Assembly (NCBI GenBank): GCA_965249555.1
Contig: OZ252243.1
Coordinates: 128,001-192,000 of the forward strand
DNA length: 64,000 bases
Direction: 5' to 3'
Source of the DNA: Nitrosopumilus sp.
Lineage (GTDB): Archaea; Thermoproteota; Nitrososphaeria; Nitrososphaerales; Nitrosopumilaceae
The position numbers were made by a program, and so were the translations under genes. Below are positions 10,552 through 19,791 of the stretch, one piece after another. Within the stretch, counting starts at the first letter, position 1, and the number at the start of each line of letters is the position of its first letter. The notes under the pieces were generated by a model that saw only the letters and a list, made by a program, of their open reading frames with translations, ran no database searches and was not told the DNA's origin.

Positions 10552-11972
10552 GTATGTATCAACCTTCACGCACAAATCAACACTATTACACAAAAAGATC
10601 TAAGATCAACTAAATCATCATACAAAACATGTCAGGTTGTGGTCATGAGAAAATCATCATACAGCTGCAAGCAGAGATAAAACAACTAAAACTAATCATA
10701 GAAAATCTCATAGAATCAAACAAGGAACTGCAAAAAAAGCTGTCATATTATGAGAATGCGCACTCTCCGCCATCAAAGAATTCCCTTGAATGGAGAAAGC
10801 AAAAAAGACAACACAGACAGCCAGGCAAATCAAGACGTGGTGGAATAGCAGGACACGTTGGCAAGACACAGAAATTCAGACCAACTAGCACCAAACACCA
10901 CAGATCAGATGCATGTCCCAAATGCGGTAGTGAAAATATTCATCAAACCAAAACCTGCAAAAGGATAATGGTTGAGATTCCTCCACCAACACCCTACGGT
11001 ATAACTGAGCATGTTTTGAATCAATACATCTGCATGGACTGTTCTGATAATTTTCAAACCACGGGAAACCTTCCACTACATGGATGTTTTGATGGTTCAG
11101 TGATACGTGAGGTCGTCTCACTGTTCTCAAAGAGATTGACATACGATGCTATCAGAACCACACTCTATGAAAGATATGGATTAGAAATCAGCAATACAAC
11201 CGTACAATCCATTCTTCGCAACGGTAGTGTGATGTTAGAGTCATTTTACAATACAATCCACAGCGAAATCGTGACTGAAAATATTCTCGGAATCGATGAG
11301 ACAGGATTTTCAATTGATGGAAATACTGGATGGATGTGGGTTGCAAGAAGCAAGACTAGTGCACAGTATGCCTTGGAGTACAGCAGAGGTGCCAATGTTC
11401 TAAAAAAGTACTGGAAGAAATTCAAAGGAACCCTAGTGTCTGACGGATATGCTCCGTACAGGACAGTATTTTGTGATAACACAAAGCAGAGATGCACCGC
11501 ACACCTGCAGCGCGATGCCAAATATCTGGCAATAAAATCACAGGACAAAAAGGCCAGGATTCTATATGAGAAACTCTCAGGGATGCTAGGTCATGCCAGG
11601 GTTTGGAGTGTAGGTAATCGTCATACAAAACGGCGGGAAACGTACAGGAATGATTTACTAAAACAGCTGGACCGTATCATTGCACGATATTTGAAAGGTG
11701 ATACGGAGATGGTTCAGTTTGGCAAGAAGCTAAAGACTGCAAGGAACAGCATGTTTACGTTTGTCATGGATGGCGATGTCCCGTCAACTAACAATGATGC
11801 AGAGAATTCCATTCGAAAGTGCGTGATGCAGAGGAATGTTCGCGGGCAGATGAAGAGTGATCAGGGCATGAGGATGATCTCAGTCTTTCTCACATGCTTT
11901 GAGACATGGAGAATAAGGGAATTGAACATGTTTTCTGAGATGGCAAAATACATCTAAGTGCTTGATTCATAC
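10552..11972 (+). mobile_element. Intact single-ORF IS66-family element with 8-bp target site duplication
   Basis: Imperfect terminal IRs GTATGTATCAACC (10552) and GCTTGATTCATAC (ends 11972), 11/13 match; flanked by TAATTATC at 10544-10551 and 11973-11980. Confidence 0.9.
10629..11957 (+). CDS. tnp: IS66 family transposase
   Basis: Coiled coil, NAHSPPS, CPKC zinc finger, IDETG, SDGYAPY, QRCTAHLQR, TNNDAENSIR. Confidence 0.93.
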   Translation: MSGCGHEKIIIQLQAEIKQLKLIIENLIESNKELQKKLSYYENAHSPPSKNSLEWRKQKRQHRQPGKSRRGGIAGHVGKTQKFRPTSTKHHRSDACPKCGSENIHQTKTCKRIMVEIPPPTPYGITEHVLNQYICMDCSDNFQTTGNLPLHGCFDGSVIREVVSLFSKRLTYDAIRTTLYERYGLEISNTTVQSILRNGSVMLESFYNTIHSEIVTENILGIDETGFSIDGNTGWMWVARSKTSAQYALEYSRGANVLKKYWKKFKGTLVSDGYAPYRTVFCDNTKQRCTAHLQRDAKYLAIKSQDKKARILYEKLSGMLGHARVWSVGNRHTKRRETYRNDLLKQLDRIIARYLKGDTEMVQFGKKLKTARNSMFTFVMDGDVPSTNNDAENSIRKCVMQRNVRGQMKSDQGMRMISVFLTCFETWRIRELNMFSEMAKYI

Positions 11973-11979
11973 TAATTAT

Positions 11980-12186
11980 CTATTTTAAATTAACATATTG
12001 AATACAACAACGCAGACATACTGATAGACGTTGATTAGTTCCTAGTTTTAGACCCCTTTTTTCTTTATCCTGCATTTCTTGAATTGTGAAATAATTATGA
12101 ATCAATTTTCTAGTACAGTGTGGGCATGATTCTAGGGTATTAAAAATTGATTCAGTTGATATAATTTCGATTCGTTTTTTAGACAT
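11980..12186 (-). CDS. Small Cys-containing hypothetical protein
   Basis: CPHC...CLRCC motifs. Confidence 0.5.
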   Translation of the reverse strand: MSKKRIEIISTESIFNTLESCPHCTRKLIHNYFTIQEMQDKEKRGLKLGTNQRLSVCLRCCIQYVNLK

Positions 12187-12397
12187 TATACAATTTCATT
12201 TGTATAGCATATTATTCAAAGTTAAATATTTCCTTAAATGGGTTCGGGTAATCCACTTTTTTCAATAACATTTTGACTTGGCAAGTGATTTCGATTTTAA
12301 TATTAAACAAAAAATCTGCATCATAATTAGGGGGGGTTGTTACAAATAGCGAATTTACACAAAGTGCAAAGCATCTAGGTGTGAAAATAAAAGAAAG

Positions 12398-12847
12398 TTA
12401 GTAGTTATTCAATACCACTAATTGTCCTGTCATTGTAGGTTCATGATATGTACACACATACTCAAAAACACCTGTTTCTGTAGCAGAAAATTCTATGATT
12501 GTGTCTTCTCCTGCATTAATATCAGCATCTATGTCATATGGTGCAGACAAAGTAAATGTGTGATGTTCCTGAGTTTCTACAGGTTCTAGATTAGTAAAGT
12601 GAATTCGTACTGTATCACCTTTGTTTACCACAATAGAACCAAGTGAGAATTGATCAGGTGGGATTCCAAATTTATCCTCATCAATGTTTTCGTCAACTTG
12701 ACTAAACAGGTAGATATCTCTTGTTTGTGGATTGTATGAATTGGTGTTTCCTGTATATTCATCCATAATGGAGAATAAAGCCACAAAAATTGCAGCTATT
12801 GCTATAACAATTGCAGCAATTGAAAGACCGACAAGTTTTGTACTCAT
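12398..12847 (-). CDS. Membrane-anchored cupredoxin (blue copper) protein
   Basis: N-terminal TM; VNKGDTVRIHFTN, H in HHTF and CTYHEPTM give a type-1 Cu ligand set. Confidence 0.88.
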   Translation of the reverse strand: MSTKLVGLSIAAIVIAIAAIFVALFSIMDEYTGNTNSYNPQTRDIYLFSQVDENIDEDKFGIPPDQFSLGSIVVNKGDTVRIHFTNLEPVETQEHHTFTLSAPYDIDADINAGEDTIIEFSATETGVFEYVCTYHEPTMTGQLVVLNNY

Positions 12848-13154
12848 TAATGCGGTTTGAAATATACATTCTATTTAATTGCCAAGATATTTCTTAGAAT
12901 GTACTCTACAAAGATAAAACAAGTCTTATCTCAGATGAAAATTAGGCTCTAAAAACTATACTAGTGAATTTTAACAAGGATATTCAGAAAGATCAATTGA
13001 AACTTCAGAATTTTCATCCAAAACTTGCAGATGATACAGTATGGACTTTCTATTAGAGGAGGGAGACACTCTAGGTTCCATAATAAAACATGAATTTTAC
13101 TATTCTATTAAAAACTAACGGATGAATCATACCATACCAATAGTTTACAGAAAG

Positions 13155-13907
13155 TTATGGAAATGAGTTTAGCACTGCAGCATAACTGGCAAATCTATGA
13201 TTTTTTGGCTTTACTAATTTTTGATGATACTTGCTGATTGGCTTTCCAATTGCACCCTTGAGACCAAGCGGCCCTTTCACATAACTTGCCTTATCAGCCC
13301 AATAAAGAACATCATCTGTAGGTGCATAATGATTAACAATTTTTTTGTTTATAATATTTTGAAGTAATTTACCATATTTTTTAGAAGATGGAATATCTTC
13401 AGTGATTGAGGCACCAAAAAAATAAACACTGTCTATAATTCCTGAATTTTGTCTCTTTTTTGCAAGATATTCAACAGTACTCAATATCACCTGAGAGCCC
13501 AAAGAGTGGCCTATTAATCGAATTTTGGTCTTTGGACTGATAATTTTAAAATCTTCAATAAACTTTCCAAGATTGCGTCCATTTTTCTTTGCAATTATTT
13601 GGCCAACTGCAAGTGCGTGTTTTGCATGAATTAATGAATAAGAACCTGTAGTGTTTGAATCATAACTAAAGCCAATTACTGGATGAGAATATCCTAATTT
13701 ACGCAGTCGATTTCTTGCCAAGACAACTTTGGCAACTGCCCCTGCACGGTCATTTTGTAGACCATGAATCATTATTGCAAGTTCTTTTGATCCAATTAAT
13801 TTTTTAAAATCTTTTTTTGGATACAAATAGTAGAAATTAGTTTTGATTGTTTTTCCAGTAGATAGATCATAATATCCCCTAGTAGAAATTCTTGTGACAG
13901 GTTTCAT
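13155..13907 (-). CDS. Alpha/beta hydrolase family protein
   Basis: MIHGL and GHSLG nucleophile elbow. Confidence 0.8.
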   Translation of the reverse strand: MKPVTRISTRGYYDLSTGKTIKTNFYYLYPKKDFKKLIGSKELAIMIHGLQNDRAGAVAKVVLARNRLRKLGYSHPVIGFSYDSNTTGSYSLIHAKHALAVGQIIAKKNGRNLGKFIEDFKIISPKTKIRLIGHSLGSQVILSTVEYLAKKRQNSGIIDSVYFFGASITEDIPSSKKYGKLLQNIINKKIVNHYAPTDDVLYWADKASYVKGPLGLKGAIGKPISKYHQKLVKPKNHRFASYAAVLNSFP

Positions 13908-13910
13908 TTT

Positions 13911-15566
13911 TTACTCAGACGGCCCTAGCTGTTTTTTGTATTTTGTAATATCGGATTCTTCAACTTTTACAAACAAAGGAGACGCATCACCTAATACATG
14001 ACCAGAAGAAATGCCTAAAACAGAAATATCATTCCAAGAAAATTCATTGACATTCCCATCAAGACCTAATTGGTTCCAAATTTTTTGAGCAGATTTTGGA
14101 AGAAATGGGAAAAGTACAATTGCCAGGCTTCGAACAGCATTAACTGAAAGATATACACAATTTGTAGTTCCAGGACCATTGTTCCAAGGTTCTTTGTGTT
14201 GGAAATATTGGTTAAAGAAGGACGAAAATTCCATTACTTTCTTCAAAGCCCTGTCAAGATGATTCTGTTCCATAAGTGAGCCTACATCAGTTGCGAGTGT
14301 TTTGATTTTTTGTTCTGCATCAGAGTCTTTCTCATCAAAGGATTCTATTTCAGGAATTTTTCCATCAAATGCTTTTTTAGTAAATCCTAAAGCACGATTA
14401 ACAAAGTTGCCAAGATTTGCAATCAATTCAGAATTGATTCTAGTGGTAAAATCATTCCAATCAAAATTCAAATCATCCTGAGAATACGGATTAATAGATA
14501 CAAGATAATATCTAAGATAATCTGCAGGATAGTATTCTAAGAATTCTTTTAGGCCAATGTACCAATTTCGGCTTTTAGAAATTTTCTTTGCCTGAAGTGT
14601 TAGATGGCCACGAGTTGGAATGTAATCAGGTAATTTGTACTCACTATTTATCCCCAATCTCATTGCAGGCAAGAAAAGAAAATGATGATACACGATATCC
14701 TTTCCAATAAAATGATAAATGTCAGCAGAATTCCAAAATTCTTTTCCATCAATTCCTTTATCGTTTAGAAATTTTATTGCAGTTGAAATGTATGCCAAAT
14801 GGTTATCAAACCACCCATAGAAGACTTTGTCCTTGGAATCATCAAGCGGTACTGGGACACCCCAAGAGATGTCTCGAGTGATATCCCAATCAATTAAACC
14901 AGATTTAATCCAGTTTTGAACATATTTTTTGACATCTTTTTGGAGATGTTCATTTTCATCTAGCCATTTAGACAAAGAGTCACTAAAATTTGTGAGTCTG
15001 AAAAAATAATGGTTTGTTTTTTCTTTAGTTGGAGGTTGACCGCAAAGAGAACATTTTGGATTACTAATTTCATCAGGAACACGACCGCAACTTTCACAAA
15101 GATCAGAGTATTGATCTTCGGCATTACAATAAGGACATGTACCTTTGACGTATCTGTCAGGTAAGAATTTCTTATCATTATTACAATAAAATTGAATAAT
15201 TTCTTTCTCATAGATGTGTCCAGCATCATTTAATTTTTTGAAGACTTGCTGAACAAATTCTATATTTTCAGCAGAGCTAGTCTTGTAAAAATAATCAAAT
15301 TCAATGTCAAATGCAGTAAAATCGTCATAGTCACGCTTATTCCAATGAGCAACATATTCAGCAGGAGTCTTGCCCTCTTTTTCTGATTGAATTAAGATAG
15401 GAGTTCCAAAATCATCAGATGCACAAACATAGTAAACCTCGACACCATTTAGTTTTAAAAATCTGGTAGTAACATCTGCAGGAAGATATGTTGATGCAAC
15501 ATGTCCCAAATGAATCTCTCCATTTGCATAAGGTAAGGCACTTGTAATGATGGCTCTTTTGTTCAT
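13911..15566 (-). CDS. metG: Methionyl-tRNA synthetase
   Basis: LPYANGEIHLGH (HIGH), zinc knuckle CPYC/CESC, GKDI, KISKS (KMSKS). Confidence 0.97.
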   Translation of the reverse strand: MNKRAIITSALPYANGEIHLGHVASTYLPADVTTRFLKLNGVEVYYVCASDDFGTPILIQSEKEGKTPAEYVAHWNKRDYDDFTAFDIEFDYFYKTSSAENIEFVQQVFKKLNDAGHIYEKEIIQFYCNNDKKFLPDRYVKGTCPYCNAEDQYSDLCESCGRVPDEISNPKCSLCGQPPTKEKTNHYFFRLTNFSDSLSKWLDENEHLQKDVKKYVQNWIKSGLIDWDITRDISWGVPVPLDDSKDKVFYGWFDNHLAYISTAIKFLNDKGIDGKEFWNSADIYHFIGKDIVYHHFLFLPAMRLGINSEYKLPDYIPTRGHLTLQAKKISKSRNWYIGLKEFLEYYPADYLRYYLVSINPYSQDDLNFDWNDFTTRINSELIANLGNFVNRALGFTKKAFDGKIPEIESFDEKDSDAEQKIKTLATDVGSLMEQNHLDRALKKVMEFSSFFNQYFQHKEPWNNGPGTTNCVYLSVNAVRSLAIVLFPFLPKSAQKIWNQLGLDGNVNEFSWNDISVLGISSGHVLGDASPLFVKVEESDITKYKKQLGPSE

Positions 15567-15593
15567 TAATAATGCTCAAGAGCAGTATTGAGG

Positions 15594-15608
15594 TTAAGAA
15601 GTTTTAGA
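15594..15608 (+). repeat. 15-bp direct repeat TTAAGAAGTTTTAGA, copy 1 (copy 2 at 19321-19335)
   Basis: Exact match read in the sequence; lies ~28-42 bp upstream of the metG start, where BRE/TATA would be. Confidence 0.8.
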
Positions 15609-15792
15609 TGAAATTAATACCCAAGTTAAATTAATTTTTTATAAATAATTTAGGATTTTAGTTAACTTGACTGTTCATACAGTTTGTGGAGTTTTAGACA
15701 AAATTAACACTCAGGTCAAATCCCTATGAGAGAATTAAACAAAATCAAAATTCACTAAAATTCCTAGCTTTGAGATATGTTTTGCGTGTAAA

Positions 15793-16785
15793 TTAATTGG
15801 TTTTGAGAGGATTTTCAAATATTGGGTTTACAGGATAACTGAACAGATATGTTCGTCCCTTACCTTGAGAAGCTGGAAAGGTTTTATCACCTTCTGGCAA
15901 TTTTTGTTTCCATTGATAAGGTTTGGGATATAAAATTTGAACTTCTGGATGACGTAAGGCAAATTCAGAAAATGCAAGACATTGAATTTTTGGTCCTCCA
16001 TTAACTAAACAGATATCATATTCATTGTTATATCTCTCATAAATCTGTTCTAAATTAGCTAATGTCTCTTTAGGCCTCAATGTTGGAACTCTGAAAAAAT
16101 CAGATTTCTCTATCAGATCATAGCATTGACGAATTGTAATTCCGTTCCATTGTTCTCTTTGTTCATCATCAGAATATTCTGCTATTGTAATCAATTTATC
16201 AGGTTCCCATTCTTCAACAACAGATCCTATACGTCTTGATTCCCATCCTAAAAATAAAATCATCAAAATCTTTTTTGATTGGTCAGGAATTCCAGGATTT
16301 GTAGGCATTATTATAATGTCTTCTAGTCCTTGAGCAAAATTCATTGTATAAGCAGCTGGTTCTGAATAAAGAATATGTGTCTTGATGTTATTTTGGACAC
16401 AAACATTCAAAATTGAATAAAGGAACAATCGGGTAAAGGAGGTAGTATCTATAAGTATACTTTTGGCATCTTGTAAATGACTTTCTAACAATTGATCAAA
16501 AAGAAAATGATCTGTTGGTCTGTGTTCAAAAACTGATTGGTTATCACAAATTTTAGATATAATATTTTGAATTTTTTCCAGATTCTGTTTATTGCTTTCA
16601 TAAAGTTCAGGTTCAGAGGGTCGGAAAAGATTGATTATAGTTTTTTTGAATTTGGTAACATCACTAATTTTTTCAATTCCAGCTAAACTTCTATCTTCAA
16701 ATCCCGCTGAGCATATGAATAAATCATAAGAATCAAGCAGACTTAGATTTGGTTCCTTAGAGATTATACCTTGATTCAGACTCAT
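15793..16785 (-). CDS. Uncharacterised Rossmann-like (possibly CARF-like) partner of the ATPase-SIR2 protein
   Basis: Two similar halves (LFICSAGFEDRS...IDTTSFTR...ILYSEP; ILFLGWESRR...LVNGGPK...ILYPKP); 4-bp overlap with upstream gene. Confidence 0.6.
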   Translation of the reverse strand: MSLNQGIISKEPNLSLLDSYDLFICSAGFEDRSLAGIEKISDVTKFKKTIINLFRPSEPELYESNKQNLEKIQNIISKICDNQSVFEHRPTDHFLFDQLLESHLQDAKSILIDTTSFTRLFLYSILNVCVQNNIKTHILYSEPAAYTMNFAQGLEDIIIMPTNPGIPDQSKKILMILFLGWESRRIGSVVEEWEPDKLITIAEYSDDEQREQWNGITIRQCYDLIEKSDFFRVPTLRPKETLANLEQIYERYNNEYDICLVNGGPKIQCLAFSEFALRHPEVQILYPKPYQWKQKLPEGDKTFPASQGKGRTYLFSYPVNPIFENPLKTN

Positions 16786-19088
16786 TTTTCCATTACTCCC
16801 ATGTGTATGGCATCAATTAGTGTTTCCCCCTTTATCGATAATGGTATAATTCCTTTAGCTTTTAACACACCCAATTTATCCTCTGAATCAATAATTGTTG
16901 CAGCATACGAAGTAAGAGGCAAGTCTCCTTGAATATCTTTTATTAAGTGAAATATTGTCTTGAAGTCAAGATCTTCCATACTATAACCCAAAAATAAGAA
17001 ATGCTTTCTGGCAAGACTATTTTTTAGTGAATTCACTAATAATGGTCTGGTTTTTTCCAAAGAAATAGAATCATCATTAGTAATCACAAACATATCAGGA
17101 TGATCAAAATCTCCATGCATTTTGTAAATCAAAGGTTTTCTATTTCCAGCTAAAGTGATATGATCATCTCTAACAATTTTTTCTGTACTCACAAACTTCT
17201 TTTTGAATTCATCTTCAATAGAACTATCCCAATTAGTAGTATAGATTTCATCTAAATTAAAATCTGTAAGTTTTTTATAAGATTTTGACTCTCTCGTTTT
17301 AGATTTTTCTAAAACATTTCGGATATATTTGATAAGATCTCCTCGTTCTCTTTGAACTAAAACTCTTTCAGATATTGTTGGTAAATCATCTCCAACATAT
17401 TCAATGTTAAAATGATTTGCAATTTTTTGTGCCAAAACAGTTCCAGTAGGATAACCCAATTCTGTAGATAGGCCTGAACCTACAAAAATCCCTAAATCAT
17501 TATTTTTTGCATGATCAACTATTTCCTGAACAACACTCAAGTACGGATCTAAGGTTTCCAATAATTTTGTAGGTTGAATTTCACCTTCTAACATTATTTT
17601 AATTCCTGAAATTACACTTCTTCGATCAAATAATTTGTCAATGTCAGTATATGACAATTCACATACTTGATGTGTCTGTAAGGGAAGATCAAAATATGGC
17701 AATAATGCATTTGAAAGAGTAATTGATAGAAGTTTAAATCCACCACGTGAATATCTTTCTACAGCTGGAGCCATCAGATAATTTTTTTTCATTGCTAAAA
17801 AAATGAATTTTAGAGATTCATCGGATAGATTTTCTGGATCTTTAATTCCTATTTGTAGATAATTACGCTGTGTTTCTTTAAGATAATTTTTAAAAAGTAG
17901 TCCAATTTTTAAAATTATTGAGCGAAATACGTAAGGAGAAATACGAGGTATAAACTCAATTCCATCCATCAACTGACTAGCAAATTTTTTGATTGCAATA
18001 TTTTGAGTATCCATAGAAATAACACCACGTCCATTCCATTCTTTAAAAACTGCATGTAACATTTTCAGAAAAATTCTTACATTTCCAGAGGATAGTAAAA
18101 CTAAATTATCCAAACCAGAATAATTATTCTCTTGAGATGTTGGAGGTTCTGAAGGATTATAAACAAGAAATTTGTCAACATCGTATCCAAATGTTTTCAA
18201 TCTTTTATTTGCAATAATTTTAAAAAAATCTCTAACATCGTTGAATTCTGTAGAATTTGGGGTAAGATTATGAGTTCCGATGTTTATAGTGATAAAATCA
18301 CTTAGTAGATTGATGGATTTCCCAAATTCTTCTCGTTGAGTATTGAGTTCTGGTGGCAGTGTCGCAACTTTAAAAATCGGTTTTCTAACAGATACTATTT
18401 CACTAATAACTTGTTTTTGAAAAAAAGATAGTTCTTGATATTCATCTAACAATATCACAATCCATTTATTTTTAAAATCAGCAATAGATTCAGTTAAAAC
18501 TTCTTGTAATTCGGATAAAAAAGAACTAATTGTCAATATTGAATTGAAATCTTCATTAATATTTTTCGAGTGATTCCTTATTTCTTCTCTAACCATATCT
18601 TTTACTTCAAGAAATTTATTTTTATTTTCAATTTCTAAAATACTGCAAATTTCTTTGCATACTGTTTGTTCTTCGAAAGGATCTATTACAATCAATGGGT
18701 AATGTTTCATTCGTTCTAAATCTCTTAGAACAAGTTCACATGCAGTTAAATTAAATAAATGTGTAAATTTTTTTTGCCATAATTCTTCAGGGTTTCCATT
18801 TTTATCTAAAGTTTCTTTAACTGTTCCAAAATAATGTTCAGTACCACGAATGTAAATTCCTAAATTGTTTTTGTCATAGTCAATTAATGAATCAGATTTG
18901 AACCTTTCAATTTGAATTCGAGTTGATAAATATTGTAAAATCATAGATTTGCCAGACCCTCGTGGCCCCATTATGTATACTGTATCTTGTTCTGTTACAG
19001 ATTCAGATTTTTTTGAAGGTGTGAAAAAAATTTTAATTTCTTCTTCTCTTAATCTTTCAGTTGGAATAGATCTTACATCAATACCCAT
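16782..19088 (-). CDS. ORC/CDC6-like P-loop ATPase fused to C-terminal SIR2-like domain
   Basis: Walker A GPRGSGKS, Walker B ILLDE, SSGNVR; SIR2-like motifs FVGSGLS, YTTNWD, KMHGD, FLGYSMED. Confidence 0.85.
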   Translation of the reverse strand: MGIDVRSIPTERLREEEIKIFFTPSKKSESVTEQDTVYIMGPRGSGKSMILQYLSTRIQIERFKSDSLIDYDKNNLGIYIRGTEHYFGTVKETLDKNGNPEELWQKKFTHLFNLTACELVLRDLERMKHYPLIVIDPFEEQTVCKEICSILEIENKNKFLEVKDMVREEIRNHSKNINEDFNSILTISSFLSELQEVLTESIADFKNKWIVILLDEYQELSFFQKQVISEIVSVRKPIFKVATLPPELNTQREEFGKSINLLSDFITINIGTHNLTPNSTEFNDVRDFFKIIANKRLKTFGYDVDKFLVYNPSEPPTSQENNYSGLDNLVLLSSGNVRIFLKMLHAVFKEWNGRGVISMDTQNIAIKKFASQLMDGIEFIPRISPYVFRSIILKIGLLFKNYLKETQRNYLQIGIKDPENLSDESLKFIFLAMKKNYLMAPAVERYSRGGFKLLSITLSNALLPYFDLPLQTHQVCELSYTDIDKLFDRRSVISGIKIMLEGEIQPTKLLETLDPYLSVVQEIVDHAKNNDLGIFVGSGLSTELGYPTGTVLAQKIANHFNIEYVGDDLPTISERVLVQRERGDLIKYIRNVLEKSKTRESKSYKKLTDFNLDEIYTTNWDSSIEDEFKKKFVSTEKIVRDDHITLAGNRKPLIYKMHGDFDHPDMFVITNDDSISLEKTRPLLVNSLKNSLARKHFLFLGYSMEDLDFKTIFHLIKDIQGDLPLTSYAATIIDSEDKLGVLKAKGIIPLSIKGETLIDAIHMGVMEK

Positions 19089-19320
19089 GTTAATAAAAAT
19101 AATAAGTTCTCACTATAAATGAGATCTATACATTCAACAATGGATATGAATTCAAAATTGAACATGATAGAGATTTTAACTAAAGTAAAAAGCCACTTAA
19201 GAGAATACGACATATTTATTATAGGCGATCTTGTTTTTACAAATTCACGTGTAAAAACAATTAGAAACAGATTTTGAATATCTAAAAACACCAGTCACTT
19301 AACTTGATTGATCATTCAAA

Positions 19321-19335
19321 TTAAGAAGTTTTAGA
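19321..19335 (+). repeat. 15-bp direct repeat TTAAGAAGTTTTAGA, copy 2
   Basis: Exact match to 15594-15608. Confidence 0.8.
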
Positions 19336-19444
19336 CTAACGCTGTATAATGTGTCGTTCAATGTATTTGATAGGCATTGTTTCGGAACAGCACCCGCAAG
19401 TTATCAAACGATTTTACCTTGGAAGAAATTATCTAACAATTTTA

Positions 19445-19723
19445 TCATCTACTAATATTTTCAAAATAAGAATCAGAAAAAGTAGCAGACATCATAAAGT
19501 CATTATAAAATTTATGTAAAAATGAAGGATTTGCTGAAAAATAATCATCAATTAAAATAAGATCGTTTACAGAAATTCCATCAACATCAGAAACAACGTA
19601 TTTCAATAATATTTCTACAGTTTCAGATCTACCAGATATAGAAGAATCCTTATGAAGTAATTTTTGAACAGTGGCGAGATGGTCTAAAATCCCATCAGAT
19701 AAAACACATTCACATATAGCCAC
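19445..19723 (-). CDS. Hypothetical protein
   Basis: 92-aa ORF filling the gap downstream of ahcY; no motif recognised. Confidence 0.5.
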   Translation of the reverse strand: MAICECVLSDGILDHLATVQKLLHKDSSISGRSETVEILLKYVVSDVDGISVNDLILIDDYFSANPSFLHKFYNDFMMSATFSDSYFENISR

Positions 19724-19791
19724 ACATTCATTTAAAGAAAATTAGATATAACATATGGTTAGCTGATCTGCTAAAATATTAGCTCAGATAA

